DNA of 64,000 nucleotides from an uncultured Candidatus Rokubacteria bacterium (GCA_963758635.1 CAVWWD010000006.1:32001-96000); one strand, 5' to 3'. Numbered from the stretch's first letter, positions 1 through 10,559 are shown. Notes: generated by a model not told the origin, from the sequence alone. Numbers and translations: made by a program.

Positions 1-2147
1 ACGGTCGCGAGGTCGGCGTGCGCCCGGCCGCCCCGGGCGACGGCGTCGCCCGCGAGCTCGACGGCGACGAGCGTCGCGTCGATCTCCGCGCGCTCCGCCT
101 CCCCGAGCCAGCCCTGCGCCGCGCCCTGCTCCACCGCGCGCTGCGCCTCGTCGAGCGCGCGCGCGAGCTCCGTGCGCTGGGCGTCGAGCTCGGCCCGCGA
201 GGCCTCGCGGAGCGCCCCCGCCTCCTCGCGGGCGGTCCGCTCGAGACGACTGAGGATGCGGCCGGCCGCCATCGCGTCGCCGCGAGCGGCGTGACGCCGG
301 TACGCGGCGGACCAGTCCACCGGATCCCGCAGGAGCGCGGCGAGCGCGGCGCGGACCTCGTCCGCGCTCGCCTCCGGCTCCAGCGCCTCGCCGAGCGGAA
401 GGTCCGTGAGCAGGAGATCGGCGCCGAGCAGCTCGACGGGCGAGGCCTCGGTCGCCGCGGCGGGCCCGTCGGCGGACACGAGCGCGCGCACGCCCTCGAC
501 GGCCTCCCGCAGGACACGCGCCGCGGCCCGGATCGGCGCGTCGTCGTGCGCCTCCAGGCGCGCGAGCTCGTCGAGCGCGGCCGGCATCGACGCCGCGATC
601 TCATGCTGCGCGTCGGTCATGGACCGCTCCACGTGCTCGCCCGCGGCGGGCCGCACGTCGTTGAGCTCGATCCACCGGCGCCCCAGGGTGGCCGCCTGCA
701 GCACGTGGTCGATCATGGTCTCGCGCGCCGCGCCCGCGAGCGGCTTCGGATGGATGATGCGCACGGCGCGATCCGCCACCTCGATCTCGATCTCCGGCTC
801 GAGCCCCTCGACCGCGGCGTGGACTACGGCCAGGTGCGTGGCGTCGATGGCGTCGGCGGGAAGGAGCCGGTGCACGATCCCGCCCGGCGTGGTCAGCGTC
901 CGCCAGATGTCGCGGGACTGAGGCGAGGCCATCGCGCGGGCCGAGGCGCGGGCGCGGAAGCCGCGCGTGTCCTCCACCAGCGCGTCGCGCCGGGCCTCCC
1001 ACTCCGCCGCGCTCGTGCTCCCGGTCACGCGCGAGGGCAACGATCCGTTGAGTCGCTCTCCCGCGCGGAGGACGACCTCGGCGAGCGTCTGCAGGGCGCC
1101 CGGCAGCTCGACCGCCCGCAGCACCTCGGGCGCGCGCGTGCGCCATGCGACCAGCGCGGGCCGGAGCGCCGCCGCGCCCAGCACCAGCGCGCGGGCGCGG
1201 TCGTGTCCGGCGCCCCCGCCGGCGCCGCCGCCGATGATCGCGGCGAACGTCTCGCGAAGCACGGCCGCGATCTCCCCGGTGGGCGCCTGGATCTCCAGGC
1301 CCAGCACCGCGGCCTTCACCACTGCCGGCGGCGCCGGAGGCGGATCGAGCACACGGGCGATCTGATACGCGAGGCCGCGCCGCTCGGAGGCGAGCACGCT
1401 CCAGAAGTCGCGACGCAGGACGTCCTCGTGCGGAGATGGCGACACGGCGGCCGGCTCCGCGCGCGGCCGCCCCGGCGATTCGGCCGACGGCGATGGCGCG
1501 GGCGCCGCCGGCGGTTCCGGTGTGGCCGGCACGGGCGGCGGCGGCGCGACGACGGGAGCCGGCGGCGAGACGGCCGGGGCGCTCGCCGGCGCGACGGAGG
1601 CCACGACCTCGCCCGGGGCCCGCGCGGGCAGACGAAGCGCGCCGCGCAGCGCGGACGCGGCCACGGCAGCGCCCAGGCCGCGCGCGATCGTCGCCGCGAG
1701 ATCGGCAGCCTCCTCGTCGCTGAGCGCGGCTGACGAGCCCCGCTCGATCAGCTCCACGAGCGCGACGACCGGCTCGGCGTCAGCGAGGGAGACCGGCGCA
1801 CCCTCCGTCAGCCGGCGACGCAGATCCTCCCCTCGCTGCCGGACGAGCGCCACCTGGGGCGAATCTACCCGGTCCCGGTGCTCGAGGCCGGCCAGCGCCC
1901 CCACCGCGGCCTCGATGCGGCTCACCCGATCGCGGGCGCTCCGGAGCTCTTGCAGGGAGCGCGCTTCCACGCCGAGCCGCGCCGCCTCGACCCGGAGCGC
2001 CTCGGCCAGACGCTGGCCCTCCTGGTCGAGCCGCGCGAGGTCCGGGACCTCCCGGCCGTCACGGAGGTCGGCGGCGGCCCGCTCGAGCTCCGCGGCGAGC
2101 GCCGCGAACCGCGTCTCGAGGCCGGGCATCGTCTGGTCGGCGGGCAT
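1..2147 (-). CDS. Large hypothetical alpha-helical protein (>715 aa, runs off the left edge), with a Pro/Ala linker
   Basis: Hand translation from ATG 2147 (RBS GAGGGGG): MPADQTMPGLETRFAALAAELERAAADLRDG...RGLAYQIARVL...AAALRPAL...; no stop found down to position 1. Missing from the ORF track because it is truncated; + ORFs 18-1733 and 1878-2294 are its codon-aligned antisense shadows. Confidence 0.8.
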   Translation of the reverse strand, partial: MPADQTMPGLETRFAALAAELERAAADLRDGREVPDLARLDQEGQRLAEALRVEAARLGVEARSLQELRSARDRVSRIEAAVGALAGLEHRDRVDSPQVALVRQRGEDLRRRLTEGAPVSLADAEPVVALVELIERGSSAALSDEEAADLAATIARGLGAAVAASALRGALRLPARAPGEVVASVAPASAPAVSPPAPVVAPPPPVPATPEPPAAPAPSPSAESPGRPRAEPAAVSPSPHEDVLRRDFWSVLASERRGLAYQIARVLDPPPAPPAVVKAAVLGLEIQAPTGEIAAVLRETFAAIIGGGAGGGAGHDRARALVLGAAALRPALVAWRTRAPEVLRAVELPGALQTLAEVVLRAGERLNGSLPSRVTGSTSAAEWEARRDALVEDTRGFRARASARAMASPQSRDIWRTLTTPGGIVHRLLPADAIDATHLAVVHAAVEGLEPEIEIEVADRAVRIIHPKPLAGAARETMIDHVLQAATLGRRWIELNDVRPAAGEHVERSMTDAQHEIAASMPAALDELARLEAHDDAPIRAAARVLREAVEGVRALVSADGPAAATEASPVELLGADLLLTDLPLGEALEPEASADEVRAALAALLRDPVDWSAAYRRHAARGDAMAAGRILSRLERTAREEAGALREASRAELDAQRTELARALDEAQRAVEQGAAQGWLGEAERAEIDATLVAVELAGDAVARGGRAHADLAT

Positions 2148-2305
2148 CGGGGCGTCCCCCTCGCGCGTGCGGGACATCGTCGGGTGTGGCCACGACATGA
2201 CCATCCGGGAGCTCACCGGAGGACGTCAACATCGAGTGTCGTCACCGTGCCCACCGGAGGAACGTCGTGTCAGCCGCGATCAGGATCTGAATGAACCTTC
2301 AGGCA

Positions 2306-2334
2306 ACTCTGCCCGCGGGCGGCGAATGTGTCAA
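2306..2334 (-). promoter_or_regulatory. Putative sigma70 promoter TTGACA-N17-CAGAGT for the large gene
   Basis: Perfect -35 and 17-bp spacing; imperfect palindrome CTGAA-N6-TTCAG (2287-2302) just downstream. Confidence 0.4.
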
Positions 2335-2421
2335 GCGACGCCCCACGACGGCTCGGATGCCGCGCACGGGGCCGCCGCGTTCCTTGCGCCGATCGCGAAC
2401 CCTTACCCTATGATCGATCAC

Positions 2422-3465
2422 ATGCGTGTCGCGACGCTGGGCCGGGCCGTCCTCGTCGCCCTCGTCGTCGCCGTGCTGTCCGCCGCGCTGCTGGAGGGCG
2501 CGGCGCGGCTGGCCGGACTCGCGCCGCCGCTCGAGCAGCAGTACGGGGACAACGTCGCGGACCCGCACCTGCCCTTCAAGAAGCGGCCGGGGAGCGTCGT
2601 CCGCGCCCGCGCGGGCTCGGGCGAGTTCGAGGCGGAGTACCGTCACAACAGCCTCGGCTTCCGCGACGTCGAGCACGACGCCGCGAAGCCTCCCGGCGTG
2701 TTCCGCGTCGTCGCGGTCGGCGACAGCTTCACCTACGGCGTGGGGGCGGCCTTCGAGGACACGTACCTGGCGCAGCTCGAGCGGCGCCTCAACCCGCGCG
2801 GCGCTCCGCGCCGCGTCGAGATCGTGAAGCTCGGGCTGCCTCGATACTTCCCGGCCCTGGAGGCCCGCGTCCTCGAGCGCTACGGTGTCCGGTTCGAGCC
2901 GGATCTGGTGCTCGTCGCCGTGCTCCCCAACGACGTGCTCGACACCGCGCTCGGCACGGACGCCGTGTACGTCGACGACGCGGGCCGGCTGCGGACCCGC
3001 GACGGCGCGCGCCTGGGCGCGCTCGCCGCGTGGCTCGCCGAGCGCTCGCACGCGGTGCGCGCGTTCCTGGGCGGCGCCGTCGCGCGCGTCCGCGCGCGCG
3101 CGAGCCCGCTCCGGCCCGACGACGTCTACCGCGCCGACGGCGCCCACGAGGCGGACTGGCGGCGCCTGGAGGCGGATCTGGGCGCCATGCGCGAGCAGGC
3201 GGCGCGCCACGGCGCGCGCTTCGTCCTGGTCGGCATCCCGCAGCGCGGCCCGTGGGGGCCCCGCCACGAGTACCCCGAGCGCCGCCTCGCGGCGTGGGCG
3301 GGACGCCACGATGCGGTCTTCGTGGGCACGATCGCCGCGCTCCGCGCCGCCGGCCCGGCCGAGCGCCTCTACTGGCCGCGAGACGGGCACTGCACGCCCG
3401 CGGGGTACGCCGCCGTCGCCGGCGCGATCGCAACCGTTCTGATCGAGCGCGGCCTCGTCCCATGA
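2422..3465 (+). CDS. SGNH/GDSL hydrolase family protein with N-terminal membrane anchor
   Basis: VVAVGDSFTYG block I, NSLGFRD, C-terminal DGH; hydrophobic N-terminus. Confidence 0.85.
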   Translation: MRVATLGRAVLVALVVAVLSAALLEGAARLAGLAPPLEQQYGDNVADPHLPFKKRPGSVVRARAGSGEFEAEYRHNSLGFRDVEHDAAKPPGVFRVVAVGDSFTYGVGAAFEDTYLAQLERRLNPRGAPRRVEIVKLGLPRYFPALEARVLERYGVRFEPDLVLVAVLPNDVLDTALGTDAVYVDDAGRLRTRDGARLGALAAWLAERSHAVRAFLGGAVARVRARASPLRPDDVYRADGAHEADWRRLEADLGAMREQAARHGARFVLVGIPQRGPWGPRHEYPERRLAAWAGRHDAVFVGTIAALRAAGPAERLYWPRDGHCTPAGYAAVAGAIATVLIERGLVP

Positions 3466-5528
3466 CCGCCCGCGCTCCGCGGCCACCGATCACCGTGCTG
3501 ATGCCGTGCCGCGACCAGAAGCCCGAGTTCCTCGCCGCCGCGGTGGCGTCGGTGCGCGCGCAGACCTCGCCCGGCTGGAGGTTGCTCGTGCTCGTCGCGC
3601 CGGACACGCCGGCCGCGGTGTCGGAGATCGTCGCCGCGGCGGGCGACCCGCGCATCGCCGTCGTCATGCGCGAGGGCCACGGCCTCGGCGCCGCGCTGAA
3701 CACGGGCATGCGCCGCGCCGACACCGAGTTCGTGTGCATCCTCTTGAGCGACGACCTCCTGGCCCCCGACGCCGTCGAGGTGCTGCAGCGGAACATCCGC
3801 CTCTTCCCGCGCGTCGACTTCTTCCACACGTCCCGCCGGTCCATCGACGCCGCGGGCGCGGCCTGCTCGCCGGTCTGGCCGAGCCGGCGCTTCGCGCTCG
3901 CCGACTTCGCCCGGACCGGCTCGCCGGTCAAGCACCTCATGTGCTGGCGGCGCGCGCTCGCCCTCGCCGCCGGCGGGATGGACGAGAGCCTGGGCCCGCA
4001 CGGCTGCGACGACTACGACTTTCCGTGGACGATGGCCGAGCGGGGCGCGCGCTTCAAGCCGGTGCGCGAGTGCCTGTACCTGCACCGCGTGCATCGCGAG
4101 TTCGCGCGGCTCACCACCCACGTGCCCCTCGCGTCGCAGGTGACGATCCTCACCGCCATGTTCCGCAAGCACGGCGTGCCCGAGCCGGACATCTCGAGCT
4201 ACCTGCACCGCGCGCTCGACGGCTATCTCCTGGACGACGCGCGGTCGACCGACGACGGCCCGCCCGCGGTGCGCGCCACCCTCACCTGCCGCGGCGAGGT
4301 GGCGGACGACCGGCTCGAGATGCTCGGCGACGCGGACGCCGGCGTGGTCCCGCACGACGTGCTCGTGCTGCCGAGGGGCGGGGCCGACGGCCTCCGGCTC
4401 GCGCGGCGCCTCTGCGGCGTGAGCGATCCCGACCGCCTGCGCGAGATCGTCGTCGTCCGCCACGGCGGCTCGATCGACGGGGGCGGGCGGCTGGCCGCGG
4501 CCAGCCTCGTCACGCGCGGCGACCGCGTCATGGTGACGGCATGCCGGGCGGACGCCGGCGCGCCGGCCGGCGTGAGCCGCATGCTGCTCAACGCCGTCAT
4601 GGCCTTCGCCGTCGAGCGCGGGGCCGCCCGCGTGCTCCTGCCGAGCCGCGCGCTCGCCCGCCGTCGCACCCCGGGCGCGACGGGCGGGGACGGCATCGGG
4701 CGGCTCGACGACGCTCACGCGCGCGCCCACTTCGCGCCCGAGCGCCGGGGGCCCTGGTGGCGCTTCGACGTCGCGGCGAACCGGGCCCGCGTGGCGATGC
4801 CGGCGCGCGTGCGCGAGCTCGCCGACCTGGGCCCGCTGGTGTGCGTGTGCCACGACGTCGACGGGACGGGAAACGCCCGGGCGCTGGCGCGCATGCTCGA
4901 GGCGGAGGCAACGCTCGGCATCGCCGCCACGTACTGCGTGGGTCCGGACCTGGCCGACGACGCGCGGGAGGCGATCCGGCGCGCCGGCCACGCCGTGGCC
5001 TTCCGTCCGCGCGTTCCGGCCGCGGGCGGTTCCGGCGGTCACCCCTGGCGCCCCGCCGCGCTCCGAAACCGGCTCACGGCGTCGTGGAGTCGCCTGCGCG
5101 GGAGCGACGCCGCGTGGACGGGCCTGGCCGCGTGCCGCGGCCGGGGCGCGACGATCAGAGGCTACCGGCTGTCCGCCGGGGCCCGCCGGCCCTCCGACGA
5201 GACGCTGGCCGCCCGCGGCCTCGACTGGATCGCCGTGCCGGGCGCCACGCTCGCCCGCGGTCGCCCTCGCCTGCACCGAGGCATCGTCACCATCCCGATC
5301 ACCCACGACGACGGCGACCTGCGCGCCGGACGCGAGGGATGGGAGGCGTGGCGGGAGCGCCTGCTCACCGCCGCAGGGCGCCGCCACTTCGTGGCGCTCA
5401 CGGTGGACGCCGGCGCGGAACGCTCGCCGGGCGACTACGGCGAGCTCCTGGCCGTCCTCCGGGCGCGCGCGGAGGTCTGGACGCTCGACCGGGTCGCCCG
5501 TCACCTCATGCTCACCAGCGCGGAGTAG
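3462..5528 (+). CDS. Glycosyltransferase family 2 fused to an unknown middle domain and a polysaccharide deacetylase-like C-terminus
   Basis: ITVLMPC...ALNTG...LLSDD...DDYD GT-A motifs; CVCHDVD and ATYCV NodB-like motifs; ATGA overlap with the SGNH gene. Confidence 0.75.
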   Translation: MTARAPRPPITVLMPCRDQKPEFLAAAVASVRAQTSPGWRLLVLVAPDTPAAVSEIVAAAGDPRIAVVMREGHGLGAALNTGMRRADTEFVCILLSDDLLAPDAVEVLQRNIRLFPRVDFFHTSRRSIDAAGAACSPVWPSRRFALADFARTGSPVKHLMCWRRALALAAGGMDESLGPHGCDDYDFPWTMAERGARFKPVRECLYLHRVHREFARLTTHVPLASQVTILTAMFRKHGVPEPDISSYLHRALDGYLLDDARSTDDGPPAVRATLTCRGEVADDRLEMLGDADAGVVPHDVLVLPRGGADGLRLARRLCGVSDPDRLREIVVVRHGGSIDGGGRLAAASLVTRGDRVMVTACRADAGAPAGVSRMLLNAVMAFAVERGAARVLLPSRALARRRTPGATGGDGIGRLDDAHARAHFAPERRGPWWRFDVAANRARVAMPARVRELADLGPLVCVCHDVDGTGNARALARMLEAEATLGIAATYCVGPDLADDAREAIRRAGHAVAFRPRVPAAGGSGGHPWRPAALRNRLTASWSRLRGSDAAWTGLAACRGRGATIRGYRLSAGARRPSDETLAARGLDWIAVPGATLARGRPRLHRGIVTIPITHDDGDLRAGREGWEAWRERLLTAAGRRHFVALTVDAGAERSPGDYGELLAVLRARAEVWTLDRVARHLMLTSAE

Positions 5529-5643
5529 CGCGCCCCCGTCGCGATTGTGAAGGAATGCGGATTCCGACTTCGCCGTGCGGGCCAACACCGCGATTCCGCG
5601 TCCACACGCGGGGTCGCCGCGCCATTCATTCGCGCCCCCGTCG
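5529..5643. repeat. About 100-bp dispersed repeat (MITE-like), copy 1
   Basis: Shares TTGTGAARGAATGCGGAT, CACCGCGATTC, ACACGCGG and CGCCATTCATTC with 26975-27075; 13-bp direct repeat CGCGCCCCCGTCG at 5529 and 5631. Confidence 0.65.
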
Positions 5644-5768
5644 AGGAGGAGCGCCACACTTGACACGCCCGGAGCGGCAGCCGATCCTCACGAGAACTGG
5701 TCCAGCGCCAGCGCGCCCGACGGGCGCGCCGGCGCCGCTCGACACCACCTCGCGCTCGGAGGACACCC

Positions 5769-6986
5769 GTGGCCGACGATCCGTCCCGCGCCAAGCTCCC
5801 CGCCGTCGATCCGCTTCCCCTCACCGGCCTGCGCGTCCTGGACCTGACGCTGGCTCGCGCCGGGCCCACCTGCGTGCGTCACCTCGCGGACTGGGGCGCG
5901 GACATCATCCGCGTGGAGCCGCCGGGGGCCAACGAGGGCTTCGGCGGATCCCGCGACGGGTTCGACTTCGTCAACCTGCACCGGAACAAGCGCAGCATCG
6001 CGCTGGACCTGAAGGACCCCGCCGGCCACGCGGCCTTCCTGCGGCTCGCGAAGACGGCGGACGTCCTGGTCGAGAACATGCGGGCGCAGGTGAAGCACCG
6101 GCTCAAGATCGCCTACGACGACCTCAAGCCGGTGAACCCTCGGCTCGTGTACGCGTCTATCTCGGGCTTCGGCCAGACCGGGCCGTACGGCAAGCGCGGG
6201 GGCGTCGACCAGATCGCGCAGGGGCTGGGCGGGCTCATGTCGATCACCGGGGAGCCCGGACGCGGGCCGATGCGGGTGGGCATCCCGATCGACGACCTCA
6301 CCGCGGGCAACCTGCTCGCGTTCGCCGTCATGCTCGCGCTCTACGAGCGGCAGAAGACGGGCCGGGGCCGCTACGTGCACACGAGCCTCCTCGAGGCGCA
6401 GGTCTTCATGCTGGACTTCCAGGCGAGCCGCTACCTCATGGACGGCGAGGTCGCCGGGCAGGCCGGCAACGATCACCCGGTCAACATCCCGATGGGCGTG
6501 TTCCCCACCGCCGACAAGCCCATCAACATCGCGGCGTCCTCCCCGAAGCTCTGGGACGTGTTCTGCAAGGCGGCGGACAGGACGGACTGGCTCGAGGTAC
6601 CGGAGTGGAAGACGCCTCAGGGCCGGAGCAAGGATCGCGCGCGCGTCAACGCCGCCGTCTCCGAGGTCACGAAGACGAAGCCGTCGGCGCACTGGATCGA
6701 CCTGCTCGAGGAGGTCGGAATCCCCTGCGGGCCGATCAACGACATCGCCGGGGTCTTCGCCGACCCGCAGGTGAAGCACCTCGAGCTCGCGATGCCGATC
6801 CAGCACCGGCGCCGCGGCCTGACGCACATCGTGGGCACGCCGGTGAACCTGGAAGGCCACGAGACCGGCGTGCGTCGCGACGTGCCGGACCTGGGCGAGC
6901 ACACCGCGGAGATCCTCGCCGAGGCCGGCCTCAGCGCCGAGGAGATCGCGGCGCTCTCCGGCCGCGGCGTGGTCGGCGGAGCCTGA
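5769..6986 (+). CDS. CoA-transferase family III (CaiB/BaiF)
   Basis: LRVLDLTLARAGP, ADWGADIIRVEPP, RNKRSIALDLK, SISGFGQTGPY. Confidence 0.93.
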   Translation: MADDPSRAKLPAVDPLPLTGLRVLDLTLARAGPTCVRHLADWGADIIRVEPPGANEGFGGSRDGFDFVNLHRNKRSIALDLKDPAGHAAFLRLAKTADVLVENMRAQVKHRLKIAYDDLKPVNPRLVYASISGFGQTGPYGKRGGVDQIAQGLGGLMSITGEPGRGPMRVGIPIDDLTAGNLLAFAVMLALYERQKTGRGRYVHTSLLEAQVFMLDFQASRYLMDGEVAGQAGNDHPVNIPMGVFPTADKPINIAASSPKLWDVFCKAADRTDWLEVPEWKTPQGRSKDRARVNAAVSEVTKTKPSAHWIDLLEEVGIPCGPINDIAGVFADPQVKHLELAMPIQHRRRGLTHIVGTPVNLEGHETGVRRDVPDLGEHTAEILAEAGLSAEEIAALSGRGVVGGA

Positions 6987-7022
6987 GCCGGCCAGCGGGG
7001 CGGGAATCGAGGCCTGGCGTGA

Positions 7023-7586
7023 ATGGACACCTCGTCGCGGGCGCGCATCACCTCGGTCCTGTGGCCGGCCGGCGCGCGAACGCCAACGAGCGTCTGGGCG
7101 TTGCTCGACCTCGCGCGCGACCGCCGGATCCATCCGCTCCTCGTCGAGTCGCGGCTCGAGTTCCTCTGTCTCTACGCCGGCCGCCTCTCGCGCCGGCTCG
7201 AGCAGGCCGCGCCGCACATGATCGAGCTGCTGCCCGGGCACTGGTTCACGGACCGGCTCCTCGACGAGGGCTGGGGCCGGAGCTGGGGCGTGTTCGTCAC
7301 GATCCAGGATCCCACCATCCTTCGCCGGCACCTCCGCCGCTTCCTCAAGGTGCGCGACGAGGCCGGCCGCTCGCTGCTCTTCCGCTTCTACGACCCGCGC
7401 GTGCTGCGCGTCTACCTGCCGACGTGCCGCCCCGACGAGCTGGCGCAGGTGTTCGGCCCGATTGCGAGCTACCTCACCGAGGGCGAGGACGGATCGTCGC
7501 TGATCGAGTTCCGCTTCCACGGCGACCGCCTGCTGACCCGCACGGTGGCCACGGACGGAGCGGCGATGGAGCCACGCTGTGAGTGA
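7023..7586 (+). CDS. DUF4123 domain protein (T6SS effector chaperone/adaptor)
   Basis: WALLD...CLYAG...AAPHMIEL...WG.SWGVF...LRRHLRRFLKV...LLFRFYDPRVL signature. Confidence 0.85.
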   Translation: MDTSSRARITSVLWPAGARTPTSVWALLDLARDRRIHPLLVESRLEFLCLYAGRLSRRLEQAAPHMIELLPGHWFTDRLLDEGWGRSWGVFVTIQDPTILRRHLRRFLKVRDEAGRSLLFRFYDPRVLRVYLPTCRPDELAQVFGPIASYLTEGEDGSSLIEFRFHGDRLLTRTVATDGAAMEPRCE

Positions 7587-8148
7587 GTACCAGTTGGTCC
7601 CGTACGCGGTCGTCGAGATCCGGCGTTGCCCGGAAAACGCGGCCCGTTGCTCCTTGCGACACGGCGAGCCCACCGCGATCGGCGACGCCAAGCGCGGGCT
7701 CCGCTGCCTGGACGTCGCGGGCCGGGCCGCCGCGGCGGATCGTCTTCGCGCGTACGTGTTCCAGTCCGGCGACATCGAGACGCTCAGACGCATCGCCGGG
7801 CAGGAGGACCTGACGTCGCTCCAGCTGACCGATCACCAGGTGGTGGAGCAGGTGGCGGCGCTGGTGGAGCGGCGGACCGTGTGCCTGCTCGGATCGGTGA
7901 TCGCCCGCTCCGCGTCCTTCGGCGTCAAGGAGGCGCCGCCCGCCGCCGCGCCCCGGCCGAGCGCCACCGGCTTGCCGCCGTCCCGGCATCATCCCCGCTC
8001 CGAGCCCCCCGCTTCTCCGCCCGCCGCCGACGATTCGGTCGAGGTCGACGATGCGCAGCAGGTCGCCGTGCTCGAGGAGGCCGCGAAGGACGGCGTGCCG
8101 TTCTGCGAGGAGTGCGAGAAGGAGCACCAGCGCCCGCACGACCACTGA
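7579..8148 (+). CDS. Hypothetical protein with Pro-rich linker and C-terminal PFCEEC motif
   Basis: Overlaps the DUF4123 stop; ends QQVAVLEEAAKDGVPFCEECEK. Confidence 0.7.
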   Translation: MSEYQLVPYAVVEIRRCPENAARCSLRHGEPTAIGDAKRGLRCLDVAGRAAAADRLRAYVFQSGDIETLRRIAGQEDLTSLQLTDHQVVEQVAALVERRTVCLLGSVIARSASFGVKEAPPAAAPRPSATGLPPSRHHPRSEPPASPPAADDSVEVDDAQQVAVLEEAAKDGVPFCEECEKEHQRPHDH

Positions 8149-8247
8149 CTGGCCGCTTGCCCTTGAAGTCGCGAGCCGAGCGGGTCATCGAGTGACCGCG
8201 GATGCTGCGCCGAGGGACAGGCTCGTTTAGCTCGCCAGGCGCGAGGC

Positions 8248-9142
8248 CTACGGCCAGGGCTCCAGCAGGCGATAGCTCACCTGCCCGAGCGCCAGGAGCC
8301 GCCCCGAGCCCGCGGCGGTGACGTGGACGGTGTTGAAGAGGAGCGCCTCCGCGCGCTCGTGGACGTGGGCGTCGGCCACGACGGGCGTCGCCGCGGTGTC
8401 GGGAAAGCTGACCTGCATGGCGATCGTCGAGCCGCGGATGCCCGGACGCCGCGTCACCATCGACCACGAGGCGGCCACCGCGGCGATGTCCACGATCGAC
8501 GCCACCGCGCCCGCGTGCATGTGTCCCTGCTCGTCCACGTGCGCGGGGCCGCACGGCATCGTCGAGGCGCACGCGCCCGGGCTCCTCGTGCGCGGGCGTC
8601 ATCCCGAGCTTGGCGACGTAGCCGCGGAAGAGCCGGCTCGGCTCGGGGGGACCGGCCGGCGCGGGCGCGGGAAGCGGCGCGTGTCGGGCCGCCCGGCGTG
8701 GGCTGCGCCCGCCGTGGTCGGCGGTGCGGTACGTCACGAGGCCGTGGCAGACCGGCGCGCCGGCGCGCGAGCGCACGTCCACGTCGAGGAAGGCCAGGTC
8801 CCGCCCGCGACGGAGCACGCGCGCGGTGGCCTCCACGTCCTCCCCGGTGGAGGACGCCAGGTACTGCACCGCCAGGTCGACGCACCCCAGGTGGAGGTCG
8901 GCCTCGAGGTCCACGCCCGTCCACGCGGCCAGGGCGCCCGCCATGAGCAGGAGCGACGCGCTGGCGCCGCCGTTCAGCACGCCCACCGCGTTCATGTGCT
9001 CGGCCCGGTAGGGCAAGGCGAGCGTCGCGCGGTCGTGATCGAGCGCCGCGATGGCGACGCCCATGCTCCGAGCGAACGGGTCGCGCGCGAAGCGGGCGGC
9101 CGCCTGCTCGATGCGGGGAGGGTCCGCGCCCGGTGTGGACAT
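8248..9142 (-). CDS. Tandem PaaI/hot-dog thioesterase (frameshift near 8560)
   Basis: Two hot-dog repeats, HMNAVGVLNGG and HVDEQGHMHAGAVASIVD, in different frames. Confidence 0.8.
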
Positions 9143-9303
9143 CCCGGCATTCCTATCACACCCGCCGCGCAATCCCGCCGCCCACGCATCCCCACCCCCG
9201 CGTCGGGTGAAACGGGCGCCGGGCCAAATTGACCTTCCCCCGCCCGGCTGGCACGATGGGCGGAGCCCCCGACGTCGGACCCCCACAAGGAGACGAGGCG
9301 CCC

Positions 9304-10489
9304 ATGAGTGTCGCCAACGGTCGCGAGCAGCTGAACATCCCCGGGCCCACGAACATCCCCGACGCGGTCCTCGGCGCCATGCACCGGCCGGCCATGGACA
9401 TCTACTCCGGCGAGATGCTGGGGATCACGAAGTCGCTCCACGAGGACATGCCGAAGGTGTTCCGGACGTCGGGACGTGTCTACATCTACGCGGCCAACGG
9501 GCACGGCGGCTGGGAGGCGGCGCTGTCCAACGTGCTCTCCCGCGGCGAGACGGCGCTCGTGCTGGAGAGCGGCCTCTTCGCGGCGGGCTGGGGCGACATG
9601 GCGCAGATGATGGGCGTCAAGGTCGAGGTGCTGAAGGGCGACCTGCGGCGCGCGGTGAACCCCGACGCGGTCCGCCAGCGCCTCGAGGCCGACGCGAGCC
9701 ACGAGATCAAGGCCATCCTGGTCGTGCAGATCGACACCGCCTCCGGCGTCGCCAACGACCTGCCCGCGATCCGCCGCGCCATCGACGCGGCCCGGCATCC
9801 CGCGCTCCTCATGGTGGACGCCGTCGCCTCGCTCGGCTGCATGCCGTTCGAGATGGACGCGTGGGGCATCGACGTGGCCATGGCCGGCTCGCAGAAGGGC
9901 CTCATGACGCCGCCCGGCCTCGCCTTCGTCGCCACCAACGAGCGGGGGCACGCCGCCCACCAGAAGGCCGACCTGCGCACGCGCTACTGGGACTGGACGT
10001 TTCGCCAGGGCGAGGCGCACTACCAGAAGTACGGCGGCACGCCGCCGGAGCACCTGCTCTTCGGCGCTCCGGAAGGCGCTCGACCTGCTGCTCGCGGAGG
10101 GGCTCGAGCACGCGGCGCGGCGCCACGCGCTGCTCGCCGAGGCCACCCGCCAGGCGGTGACCCGCTGGGGGGAGGGCGGCGCCCTCGCCATCAACGCCAC
10201 CGAGCCGGGCGAGCGCGCGAACTCGATCACGTGCGTCCTCACGCCGGATCGGAACCCGCAGCCGCTCCTGGACTACTGCCGGCACAAGTGCGGCGTGGTC
10301 CTCGGCATGGGCATCGGGCCGTTCTCGGGCCGCGCGTTCCGGATCGCGCACATGGGCCACGTCAACGCGCCCATGGCGATCGGCGCGCTCGGCGCCATCG
10401 AGATGGGGCTGGCCGCGCTCGGCATCCCGCACGGAGCGGGCGGCGTGCAGCGCGCGGTGGAGTACCTCGGCCGCGAGGTGACCGCCTAG
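9304..10489 (+). CDS. Class V PLP aminotransferase (serine/alanine-glyoxylate type), frameshift near 10062
   Basis: IPGPT, MVDAVASLG, GSQKGLMTPPGL; C-terminal FRIAHMG in ORF 10157-10489. Confidence 0.9.
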
Positions 10490-10559
10490 GAGCCTCGCAG
10501 AATGCGGTAACCGCCACGGGCCACTACAGTCCCACCGCTCGGCATGAGTCTGATGTGCG

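Noticed and set aside
2214..2267. Direct repeat CACCGGAGG(A)ACGTC in the leader of the large gene
   Set aside because: Only two short copies with no supporting structure; may be chance
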